The notes beneath the pieces are model-generated. The model had not been told where the DNA came from and ran no database searches. It worked only from the letters and a program-made list of their open reading frames with translations. Of a DNA stretch of 64,000 bases, positions 28,989 to 40,920 are shown one piece after another; position 1 is the first letter of the stretch, and each line of letters opens with the position of its first letter. Source of the DNA: Octopus bimaculoides (lineage: Eukaryota). The stretch lies in contig NC_068981.1 of assembly GCF_001194135.2 (NCBI RefSeq), positions 161,438,386 through 161,502,385 of the forward strand, in the 5' to 3' direction. The position numbers were made by a program, and so were the translations under genes.

Positions 28989-31010
28989 CCATGCTCAGGG
29001 ATAGCATAGGTAATTGATACCGATAGTAAAAAGGGATACTATTATCCCTTAGACGGTTATTACAACTGCTAACTCTGCTTACTTATAAATATATATATAT
29101 ATATATATATACATACACACACACACACATACATACACGCACAAATATGCACATACATTTACATACTAAGGTATCTGAGTTTGTATGTCTTCATGTAAAA
29201 CTGTAATTATAAAAATTTTGTAATTGCAATAATGATTTTTTTCTTCTGTTTTTGTTTGTTTCTGTTTTAATATAACATGGTTTGTTTGGTGCCAGGCATT
29301 TGCAGTGAGCAACAAAACAGGAAATTGTCTAACTCATGGGTTTTGCAAGGCCATTAGTAATATAAGAGAAGCAAATCCAACATGAAACTGAAATCATATC
29401 TTGCAAATTACCAGGTAAATAACTTATTGCTACATCGCAGCAACACTCATGTAATAATAAAGATATAATGATGTTTAAAATAGTCACAATCTCATCTCCA
29501 CTTCCCTACAGATTTTTAAAGAAAGATGCATAGTTGATTATACGTAACCCCAGGACTTCTCAACCACACGAAGGATGAAAGATAAATTTGGACCCAGCAG
29601 GATATAAACTAAGAACACAAAGGGACATAACTACATAGGTAGTTTGTCCTCTGCTGTACACTCTACAAATTCTATTGCTTGATCACTTTGCAACAGGGAC
29701 ATACTGCATAGGTAGGCAAGGTAGACAGTGCCTACCTTGAATAAAATAGATAGATAGTAACATTTTCCTCTCATGGCAAAATATGCACCTAATTCAATAA
29801 GATTATGAAGATTAGTCTGATTACTATGCATAAAATGCAAAATTTTTTATTTTTTTTTGTAGATTAGATAGGCATAATTCACCCCTACTTTTCAATCTCA
29901 GTATTTAAGCTACACATAGTACTGCTGTAGTACATATGCTGCATACACTTCTACAACACCGTTTTTTTTTGCATGCTATAAAGGCAGAAGTAGATCTGCC
30001 TTCAACTCAGTTGCGTGCCTGTGTTTTGCTTATTTTTTGTGTTTTACTACATAAAAGTCACCAACGGCCTACCCTGAGTAATTACTGATGGCACATGCCT
30101 GCTTTGCTATAATAAAAATATGACATCAAAAACCATAATGCCTACTACTATAAGCCCACAAAAAAGCCCCTACAGTTAGGGATTCTGAATTTTTATAACA
30201 CACACACACGATTGTTATCACCATCACACAATATCCATTTTCCAGGCAAGCACAAATCAGATGGAATTTATCAAAGCAAATTTTCTACATCCAAAATATC
30301 CTTCCTGCCACCAACCCACACTTATTTCAAAACAAGGTTATGTTTCCCCATAGGCAGATACATCTATATTTTTTTTTCCACATTAGAGTGAAATTGAACA
30401 ATGTCACTTGTAAGGCAGTGATACATGGTTACAACCATCACAAGAAGTCAAGACAAAGGTACACACAAGCACAGTCACATAAACACACACACACACGCAC
30501 ACACAGATATAACAATGGCCTACTTTCATTTTTTTTTTGCCTATCATATCTACTCACAAAACTTTGGTGAGCCTGGGGTGAAAATAGAAGACACTTGCCT
30601 ATGGTGCCTTGCAGTGGGACTGACTCAAGACCATATGGTTGAGAAGTAAGCTTCTCAGCTGCACACACACACACACACAGACACACTCACATAGAGAGAG
30701 AAACAGACACACAGACAAAGAGGGAGAGAAATATGAGTGGAGTAGAGAATGAGGAAGTAATAGAATGACAGGGAGAGAATGCATGCATGAGTATATGTAA
30801 AATGTAAAGATAAATGCCACAGTGCTTTCAAAAATAGTTATCTAGAAGAATTCATGTGAGATATAGAAATAGTTAAGTGACTATTCAAAGGCTTTTTTAA
30901 AAAAGTGACTAATTTCTATTTTGCTAACTGATGCACATATAGATTACTGATGGTAAAGAAATGAGTTTACAAGTAAGTCTGTCAGTCAGTTAGTCTGTCT
31001 GTCTGTCTGG

Positions 31011-31042
<32 letters not shown>

Positions 31043-31112
31043 ATAATACATATCGATTGACAAATACACACATAAACATATACATACATATAAATGTAAT
31101 ACATACATACAT

Positions 31113-31146
<34 letters not shown>

Positions 31147-32147
31147 CCATAGCATGTTCTAAATGAATAGAACATAAAACAAGTTCCATTCAATAAGAAT
31201 TAGGGAGTAAGATTGTCGAATCTGCTGAAAAATAAACAAAATCTCATTGAGATCTCACTCTAAAGGGCAGAAAAACAGGTCAGATAACAAAGACCAAGAT
31301 ACACTATATCCCCAAAATATGAAGATGACAGTCATGGCAAAAACATCTTTGATCTTCAATAGGTCTACTAGATTTTAAGCTAAACAATAACTATGAATTA
31401 GAGCATAAGAACATTTCTCATCTACCCTTTTATATAAGCATTTTATACTATAATGCACAAATTTTAAAAACATGAAATGTACTTCTTTTATACTCCAAAG
31501 GTTGGTTATAGATTTTTTTCTATCCTTTTCCTTTAAGTTTTTTTTTTTTATTCTTAGAAAAGAAGTTCAGTTCATGGGGAAAAAATTATTGCTTATCAAT
31601 GGTTATTAGTAAAGATGTCTGGAAGAGAGAAAGCAAATCTCAGCAGAAAATCAATAACCCATGACTGCTTGCTCACTGGTTCTGCTTAATGAACAGGAAC
31701 GAGAACCACTTATTATTAAAGCAGGCAACTAACTAACAGTAAACCACGATGAAGTTTATTGTAGAGACAGACACTGAAGTACTTAGGATTTTATGTAACT
31801 CTGTGCTATTGCAACAGGTGAAAGAAAAATGCTGATAACAGATGTCACCTCGATTTAGGGTTAGGGTCATGAGATGAATAAGAATTAAGTGTCTTGAATG
31901 TTTTCCACAAACTTAGCTTAAGATGGTCTAGAAGAGGAAACATATAGTAAAAGGAAAGAAAACAGTAAAAGAAGCTTTCATACCTGCAATTGCAATTAAC
32001 AAAATAAGCTAAATTGTATGAGTTAGTAAGGTTATTATGGTTTCCATCAAATACTGCTCACAGACGTGTGTGTATAGTTTTGTTACAAACAGAAGATAGA
32101 CTACTCAGTTTCATGTCATGTGTCTAGAGTGAATCACCAAATACTTC

Positions 32148-32380
32148 ATTTACCTTTTCGTTACCATATTTTTGTTGAAATATACTGCTTTTGTTTCAAC
32201 TAATTTTGAAAATAACGAAGAATTTATCATAATAATTTTGTCATTATTAAGATGGAAATTAGAACACAAATTAACACGGAATTTTGAGAGAGAAAGTTTT
32301 AACTTGAATCACTTTAAAATAGCAAAGTTTTATAATAGAAACAGCAGTAGTCTCAGATGGGTTGCTATCAAAAGGGTTAA
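32148..32380. mobile_element. TTAA-flanked MITE family 2 (second copy near 14260-14477)
   Basis: Ends resemble ttaaccctttcgttacc / tatcaaaagggttaa; the two copies share their interior. Confidence 0.6.
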
Positions 32381-33684
32381 TATGTATAACTTCATCAACA
32401 TCTGCAGCACAAGGCCCAGTCTTTGTTGCAGTGTGGTGCATCTAGGGCCTGGGAGAGGAAGGACAGTATAAAGTAGCACAGGAAATGAGGAAAACAAGAA
32501 TCCAACCAGAAAGAAGTGGAAAAGACAGCCCAGAGTCGAGAACAGGGGGGTGGGATCAAGTATGCTCCATAAGGTGTGTAAGGACATAAGTAAGTAGTAT
32601 CATCATCGTTATCTAAAAACTTTTTTTTTTCCACATGGAAATGAATTGTCTGATAGTGTCCTGCCACTTGAAAAGGTCCTTATCCATCCAGCATGCACTG
32701 TACATTTTCTCTAATTAGTTTCAGTTTTCTTCATGATTACGAAGAGCAAATGTCACCACATACATGTACAAACGATGTGTGTGTGTGTGTAAATATAAAA
32801 TGTCTTCCTGTCCTAGACTATTTTGATTCACAGGTGTTATTTTCTTTTTTCCTTTTTTCCCATAAATAATTTCATGCTTTTCTTTTTTTTTTTCATTACT
32901 TTGTGTAACTTTTATATTTATTTGTTTACTAAAGCAATAAAAGTGTCTGACTGCACCTACTTTACAAATGAATAGTAAAAATAAAGAAAGAAAAACAAAA
33001 AATCCATAAAAGTCAACAAAAGTCAATCAAAAATTTGCTTAACTAATGATGATGAGAAGAAACTTGAGATAAAGATCTGATTGGTTTATTGGAATTGTTT
33101 CGTTTTTTCAAAAAAAAAAAATCAATAATATAAATATAAAAAGTAATAAAAGCGGAAAGGGCTTTTTTTAAGAACAAAAGTGTGAAAGATATTGAACTTC
33201 TGCTCATAAATTAGGAGGTTCAGCTTATATAGTAAGTTAAGTTATTCTTTGGTTATTTGGATGTTACGGTGACAAGCAAACTTGTTACACTGCCGTTTTG
33301 AAATATTTAGACCTTAACACATAAATAAAAACCAGAACCTGAGGAAACTAGGATAGTCTGTGTTGGTAAAAATTATTAAAAGAAAATTAATGAATATGAA
33401 TAAATTTATATGGTCTGTAAACTCTAATGTTGCAAGCAGGTCCCTTCCATTTTGAAAGGGGAAAAGGAAAACTTTTAGTTTCTTTTCTTTTTTACTCTCC
33501 ACAAGAGCTCTGCCTCAAATAAATGTTAAAATGTTAGAATTTGTGTTTTCACCAAAATATACAAAATTGTGAATTGTAATTAAATAAATACAGTTGCTAT
33601 AAAAAAAAAAAATCTTAAGCAATTTATATTGCTGAAAAAGACGCAAAAGATGGAACCCCTTGATGACTGTGGTGATTTCATAAC

Positions 33685-33771
33685 CTGTCTCTTGGAGAGT
33701 ATACTCTGTAGTGAACTCCCAGTTGCCTATTGCTACTCCTAGAGGGATTTAATCTAGTTCTTTCTTGGAAG
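33685..33771 (-). CDS. Candidate second coding exon, 87 nt, phase 2/2: (S)FQERTRLNPSRSSNRQLGVHYRVYSPRD
   Basis: tttcattag| acceptor 145 nt after the first donor; open in the required phase; CAG|GTTATG donor is only moderate. Confidence 0.3.
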
Positions 33772-33916
33772 CTAATGAAACATTTGTGTCTTGACTGTGA
33801 GCACAGAGCCCAAAGAGAGAGTATGCATATTTTTTTTTTCATTTTGCTAACAGCTATGACTGAACTCTGAGTTAAATGCTGAAAAGGAATAGATAAACAA
33901 AAATGTGTTAACTGAC

Positions 33917-34161
33917 CTTTTGGCACTGGGACTGAGTCCTTTGTGATATTTTAAGACCTTGTAATCTTTGCTGTCATTTTTGTTAGAATCTCCATTACAT
34001 GACCTAGCACTGCTTTGAGTAAGAGCAGAAGTGCCAGCTCCAGAAGCTACCGCTCCTGAAGTAGTAACTCCATTAGTAGTACGGCTTGTGGTACTGCCAG
34101 ATGCACGCCGTTGACTGGTAGGTTGGCTACTGGCATGACTAGAGCTGGACCGGCTAGCCAT
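33917..34161 (-). CDS. First coding exon of an unidentified spliced gene (MASRSSSSHASSQPTSQRRASG...DSKDYKVLKYHKGLSPSAK, 81 aa + 2 nt, phase-2 exit)
   Basis: Acceptor tttctatttacag|G at 34226/34225; 64-nt UTR part with an in-frame TAG at 34183-34185; acaATGG start context; GC-richer, microsatellite-free frame; donor AAG|GTCAGT at 33917/33916. No domain recognised. Confidence 0.8.
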
Positions 34162-36082
34162 TGTATTTAAATAAAGTGTGAACTAGAAAAAAGATAAACC
34201 TTGACGATAATAATCCCAGGGAAACCTGTAAATAGAAATGAATATTTATAATAGATCAACATGACAATGAATTCATCATATAATAAGTAAAACAACTAGA
34301 AATCAATGAGAAGATTGAAGAATGATCCTTGATAGCAAATAGCTGACTGAACAAAAAATATTTTGTCATGTGAGCTGAAGAGAGAGTTAGCATCGCTGGT
34401 GAAAACCTTTACCAGAGGTTATTCTCTAATCTTCTTAAATAAATTATTCCAAGAAGAGGAGGATACAGTGCTCATAGCCTAAGATGGCTATGGTTGCCTT
34501 AACTCCAAGATAACCCTAATTTAACAGGTTATTATCAAATGTATTTACAGCTATTTCACACCGTTATTTTATTCATTTTTTTTTCTTTTTCAGATTTAGT
34601 TAGGCTACGTTAGTGTAGCATCCCATTTATTTCTATGAAAGTAGGTGTGATTTGATAGACAGATATGGCTCCTGTTTCTTACAAGATGTCTTCCTGCAAT
34701 GTTCAATACAGTTGGTATTCAGCTTGAATAATCTAAAGTTTATGTCTGCAGGAGAAGTAAGGAAGGATTTAGTTCAAGAGGACAAGAATTCTGGGGAGAA
34801 AAGACTGGGCAAGAAAAATTTAATATAGGCACAAACATGGATGTATTGTTAAGAAACGTTGAAACTACATGATTTCAGGTTCAGTCCCACAATGTGGCAC
34901 CTTGGGTAAATGTCTTTTACTATCAATCCTGTGTGAGAAAATTTGGTAGACAGAAACTGTGTGTAAGCCCATCATATATATGTATATACATATATGTATG
35001 TATATGTGTGTCCTTGTGTTTATTCCACCCCACCCACCACTTGAGAACTGGTATAGATTTGTTTATGTTCCTTGTAACATAACAGTTCAGCAAAGAGAAT
35101 GATAAACTAGAATAAGTACCAAACTTTAAAAAAATAAATAGTGGTGCATACGTTCAACTAAACCTTTTAAAGTGACGCTCAGCATGTCCACAGACCGATA
35201 GCTGTAGCAAGTAAATGAAAAAGGACAGAGTTTGGTGGAAAATAAAGTAGTTATGATAAGAATAAATGAGTGTATTTGATATTATGCAGCTTGTTAAATT
35301 GGAGGAGCAACAAAAGTAATTGAAGTACAAGTAACTAGGGAAGGATAAACTATGCAACAGGCTAGTGGATAAAGTGTATGGGTAAACGGAAGCTTGTGTA
35401 CTGATCAGTTGGATGGCTTTTATTGGATTTAGTTTATTGATACTGTCATCTACCTGATGTGAATAATTACATCTTTCATCTAATTACTGTAAGCTATATT
35501 CTTGTATATCAGATTCAATAACCATGAATTACACTGTAACAAACAAACAAAATAGGAAATTAAAGAGCTGATCAAATTTAAGTTTAAAGTTTTCTTTGCA
35601 TGCAGGCATGGCTGTGTTATAAGAAACTTGTTTCTCAACCATGTGGTCTTGGGTTCAATCCCACTGCACAGAACTTTAGGTAAATGACTTCCATTACAGA
35701 TCCAGGCCAAACAAAGCCTTCTCAGTGGATCTGGTAGAGACAAGCTTAAAGGCCATGATATATATGCACATACATACATATATATGTGTGTGTGTGTGTG
35801 TGTAAACAGATGTTAAATGATGATGATGTATCATCATCATCATTTAACATCCACTTTCCATGCTGGTACGGGTTAGATGGTTTCACTGGAACTGGTAAGC
35901 CAGAGAGCTGCACCAGGTTCCAGTTTGATTTGGCATGGTTTCTATAGTTGGATGCCCTTCCTAACGCCAACCACTTCAAGAGCGTAATGGGTGTTTTTTA
36001 TGGGCCACCAGCATGACTATGGTTTCAGCTGATTCATATATGTGTATGTGTGTGTATCACTGTGTTGGCTTGTTCACATCCC

Positions 36083-36495
36083 TGTAACTTCATCATCATC
36101 ATCATCATCATCGTTTAACGTCCGCTTTCCATGCTAGCATGGGTTGGACGATTTGACTGAGGACTGGTGCAACCGGATGGCTACACCAGGCTCCAATCTA
36201 ATTTGGCAGAGTTTCTACAGCTGGATGCCCTTCCTAACGCCAACCACACAGAGAGTGTAGTGGGTGCTTTTACATGTCACCCGCACGAAAACGGCCACGC
36301 TCGAAATGGTGTCTTTTATGTGCCACCCGCACAAGAGCCAGTCCAGGGGCACTGGCAACGATCTCGCTCGAAAACCCTACAAGGCCAGTCAGGCGGTACT
36401 GGCAACGGTCACGCTCAGGATGGTACATCTTATGTGCCACCCGCACAAGAGCCAGTCTGGGGGCGCTGGCAACGATCTCACTTGGCTTGCCGGGT
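36083..36495 (-). mobile_element. Retroposon family D (ctggatgcccttcctaacgccaacc core, (GAT)n tail) with internal 55-bp direct repeats. Other copies near 18985-19180, 35820-36010, 46270-46330, 61988-62450
   Basis: Homologous copies; direct repeats at about 36313-36368 and 36429-36483. Confidence 0.8.
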
Positions 36496-36499
36496 TTTC

Positions 36500-36518
36500 T
36501 ATGTGTATGTATGTATGT

Positions 36519-36562
<44 letters not shown>

Positions 36563-36835
36563 ATGTATGTATGTATATATACACATTTATGTATATATAT
36601 AGACACATACACATACATAGTGTGTGTGTATGTATGTCTATATATGTATATATATCTATATATATATATATATATATATATACATACATACACACACATA
36701 TATGTACGTATGTATGATCTATATATATATGTATGTGTATGTGTCTATATATATACATATATCTATATACATAAATGTGTATATATACATACACATACAT
36801 ACATATATATATATACATACATACATACACATATC
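36500..36835. repeat. Compound TA/TATG/CATA microsatellite; source of several spurious ORFs
   Basis: Direct reading. Confidence 0.95.
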
Positions 36836-37209
36836 ATCATTGTGGCACTCTGTTGGTTATGACGACAAGGGTTCCAATTGATCCAGTCAACAGAACAGCC
36901 TGCTCATGAAATTAATGTGCAAGTGGCTGAGTACTCCACAGACACGTGTACCCTTAACATAGTTCTCAGGGAGATTCAGCATGACACAGAGTGTGACAAG
37001 GCTGGCCCTTTGAAAAACAGGTACAATGGAAACAGGAAGAAAGAGTGAGAGAAAGTTGTGGTGAAAGAATACAGCAGGGTTCGCCACCACCCCTGCTGAA
37101 GCCTTGTGGAGATTTAGGTGTTTTCGCTCAATAAACACTCACAATGCCCGGTCTGGGAATTGAAACTGTGATCCTATGACCGTGAGTCTGCTGCCCTAAC
37201 CACTGGGCC

Positions 37210-37445
37210 NNNNNNNNNNNNNNNNNNNNNNNNNNNNNNNNNNNNNNNNNNNNNNNNNNNNNNNNNNNNNNNNNNNNNNNNNNNNNNNNNNNNNNNNNNN
37301 NNNNNNNNNNNNNNNNNNNNNNNNNNNNNNNNNNNNNNNNNNNNNNNNNNNNNNNNNNNNNNNNNNNNNNNNNNNNNNNNNNNNNNNNNNNNNNNNNNNN
37401 NNNNNNNNNNNNNNNNNNNNNNNNNNNNNNNNNNNNNNNNNNNNN
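37210..37445. other. Assembly gap. Others at 13354-13371, 16859-16890, 42069-42078, 43345-43618, 60735-60744
   Basis: Runs of N. Confidence 1.
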
Positions 37446-38589
37446 CGATCGTCCATGGAAACATTTCCAAATAAGGTAATATTTCATCTTCAGGTTGGCA
37501 ACAGGAAGGGCATCTGGCTACAGAAAATCTGCATCAACTAATTTCCTGTGTCCGATGCAAAAATAGAAAAGTGTATATTATAACAACAACAGTAATAATA
37601 TAATAAAAGTATATCTATTTATCTATCTCTCAAATTATCTGCTGCTCTCTAACAAGTTTATGGTGAAACCTGTGCAGGGAAGACCTCCAGAATTTTCAGC
37701 CCCTGGACAATATCCCTGCTCACCACTATTGAGGTACAGGTGGTTATCTGCAAGTGTGAGCCCTGTGATCCTCTACTATTCTCTGGAGCAATGCCTTTTC
37801 CATTTTGTCTAGTTAAACAAAAAGAGACAGAACAAGTAACAGGCTTAAAAATAAATACTGGGGTCAGTCTGTTTAGTTAGACCTGTCATGTTGGTACTCC
37901 AGCATGGTCACAGTCCAAAGACTGAAACAAATAAGATATAAAAGATAAGCCATTAAACATCAAGTTCAACTAGAAATATTTTAAGAAGGATATATCAAAA
38001 TAAATTGTCGTATCCTGTTTTGTTCAGAGTTTACTCTGTTGCAAGTTCAACCATGTGACTGCTATCATTTGAATTTAACAACAGTTGCTGTAATTCAAAC
38101 CATGAACAAAATTCCTAAGTATATATGTTGAATAGCAGGCAGTTATCTAAATCAGCATGTAGCTCATGTGGGCTAATATTAATAACGATTTCTATAGACC
38201 ATAGCTAACACATTTTGAGAGAGGGTGAGTGTGTTTGTGTGTGTGTGAGAGAGAGAGAGAGGGGGGGGGGTAGGCAGTCAATTGAATCTCTACTGAAACT
38301 TCCTAAGCACTTAAGGATGAAAGGAGAAGTCAACTTCAACAGAATAAGAAAACACCAATGAAATTTCAGAGCAATAGCAAAATAGAAATAGGAAAGAAAG
38401 TATCCTCTATAGTTTTTCTATTGCTATTGTTCTAGAAATGTTCACAAAATATAGTAATCAACACTCACACAAGGTCACTAACCTGGGGGAAGAGGGAGAG
38501 AAATTCAATTGTCTCTGCCTCCAGCACATTTGGTACTTAATGTGTGAGGAGAGACCAAAGACAACTACTACTACTACTCATAATAATAT

Positions 38590-38648
<59 letters not shown>

Positions 38649-39081
38649 ATAATAATAATAATTTTCAAGGAGAGGGGTTTAGTCAGTTATATTGATCCCA
38701 GTGCTCAACTGGTTCTTATTTTATCAGGGCCACAAAAAGAGCCAGAAAAATTACTGCAAGGTATCCCATCCAATGTTTTAATGGTTCTTGCCAAGACTCG
38801 ACACTTTATCATTCCACCCTTCTGCCAGAAGAATGAACGACATAGTTGATCATGGCGAGATTTGAAATTGGAACGAGAATGGAATAGGGCAAGGCATTTT
38901 TGCTCGACACTCTAATGGCACAATGTGCCATTGTGGAATAGAGTGTGTAGTGTGCATGTCTGGTACCTGCTGATGGAATCTTTGCTAATCAGTTAAATGG
39001 CCAGAAATAATAATTATTTTCCTTCCTTTTTTTAAAAACAGTGGAACAATGAATAATTTATAAATAACAACATATAAATAT

Positions 39082-39207
39082 TGTACATTATTTACATTTG
39101 ATGGATATTTGTCCTCGTCTTGTTTGTTGTTAACACAACATTTCAGCTTCTTCAGGTGTCTTGGGGAAATTTCGAACCTGGGTTCTCATTCCTAAGGTAT
39201 TTCTTGA

Positions 39208-39251
<44 letters not shown>

Positions 39252-39315
39252 TCACTGCCTGGAATCGAACTCAGAATCTTGGGGTTAATAGCCTGTGCTC
39301 TTAACCACGACGCCA
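39082..39315 (-). mobile_element. tRNA-headed SINE family F with degenerate hammerhead motif
   Basis: Minus strand: tggcgtcgtggttaag (A box), gagttcgattcc (B box), (AAT)n, then gacac-CTGAAGA-agct-GAAAT-GTT-gtgtt at 39160-39132. Confidence 0.85.
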
Positions 39316-39325
39316 TATGCCTGTG

Positions 39326-39429
39326 GTCAGTATTCCATAGGAAAATTGCAAAACGAAAATAGCCTTAGAAAGGAAGGGGAAAAAATGGCAGAAGAGGTGA
39401 GGAAAGTAAAATAAAATAATGTACAGGTA
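39326..39429. repeat. 104-bp direct repeat, copy 1 (copy 2 at 40167-40270)
   Basis: gtcagtattccatagg...aataatgtacaggta; few mismatches between copies. Confidence 0.95.
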
Positions 39430-39486
39430 GTGGTTAAGAGCGCGGGCTACTAACCCCAAGATTCCGAGTTCGATTCTAGGCAGTGA

Positions 39487-39525
<39 letters not shown>

Positions 39526-39700
39526 CAACAACAAGAGAAATACATTAGGAATGGGAACCCAGGTTCGAAATTTCCCCAAGACACCTGATGAAGGCTGGAG
39601 AGTATATCAGCCGAAACGTGTTAACAACAAACAAGATGAGGACAAATATCCATCAAATGTAAATAATGTACATAATTCCTCATCTCTTAAATATAGAACT
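39427..39700 (+). mobile_element. tRNA-headed SINE family F with hammerhead core
   Basis: gtagtggttaag / gagttcgattc boxes, (AAT)n, gacac-CTGATGA-a-ggctg..cagcc-GAAAC-gtgtt at 39580-39622. Confidence 0.85.
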
Positions 39701-40880
39701 GTATTATATAAATACTGTGTTAAAAAACCTTTTGGGCAACAAAAGTCAAAGGCTGATGGCCTTTTGTGGGATTTGTTTAGAAAAATAAAGAAATGCTATA
39801 TAATGCAGTCCAACCCATACCAGCCTGGAAAAAATTACTAAATAAGAAAGATGATGATGATAAAAGAAACAGAAATGTAAGATATAAAAAATCCACATAT
39901 GCACATACAAATATACATACCAGTGCATGCACTAACTAATGTAGCTAAACATCAAACCAAAAATTTTGATGCAAAAGTTGCAAGTTAGAAGCAAGCTCTT
40001 CTGTATATTTAATGAAGGCTTTTAGTTAGGAAAAATAGCAACAGGTTATCTGGTTTTCCTATAAATATTCCGAGTGCTGATAGATGACAAGTGAAAGCAG
40101 CCAATGCTATAATAATGGTGACAAAGATTTCATGAACTGGCAAATAAATACTCTATGGATTAAAATGTCAGTATTCCATAGGAAAATTGCAAAATGAAAA
40201 TAGCCTTAGAAAGGAAGGAAAACAAATGGCAGAAGAGGTGAGGGAAGTAAAATAAAATAATGTACAGGTAATCTTCGAAGAATTTTTTTCTTAGTCAGGA
40301 GAGGAAACTAACAATTGTGATGTGAAGACATTTAACAATTCATTGGGCGAGCTTTTATGCGGTCACTTGACTTTCTGGAAATAGCAGCCAAATCTCTCTC
40401 AAATCATATTCAACTGTTGTAAAAGTAAAATACATTGGCAATGTAGTTTTAAATATACAGTAGGATGGTACATGTGGCACTTTGTGTTGCTTGCACCACA
40501 ATATTCTGAAAACTAGAAACAAGAAAATCCAATCAAAATAACAATAATATAGTCTGTAATAAAAACGTTGCCAGAAAGGTAATCCTGTTCTAGATGAAAT
40601 GGATCTAATGGTTCCATAGTATAACCATAACCATACTAGTTTAGGGAATCACACTCAACTAATTCATCGTTACCATCATTATTACTAAGGTGATGAGCTG
40701 GCAGAATCATTAGCAAGTCAGACAAAATGTGTAACAGCATTTCTTCCAGCCTTTACATTGTGAGTTCAAATTCTGAGGTCAACTTTGCCTTTCATCTTTC
40801 CAGGACTGAAGTTGATATAATTGACTATCCCCCACCCCAAAATTCCAGGCCTTGAGCCTATAAAAAAAAGATTATTATTA

Positions 40881-40920
<40 letters not shown>

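Noticed and set aside
29981-30002. Hairpin aaggcaga-agtaga-tctgcctt
   Set aside because: 8-bp stem with no snoRNA boxes or other support.
31855-31866. TTAGGG x2
   Set aside because: Two units are expected by chance.
32330-32667. Overlapping 85-99 aa ORFs beside a MITE
   Set aside because: No phase-compatible splice sites; no recognisable protein.
36167-36881. Longest ORFs in the track (231, 186, 147 aa)
   Set aside because: Retroposon sequence plus TA/TATG microsatellite translating as YIYI; not genes.
39427-39490. tRNA gene-like sequence (also 44794 and 48893)
   Set aside because: A/B boxes run into SINE bodies with no acceptor-stem closure; these are SINE heads, not tRNA genes.
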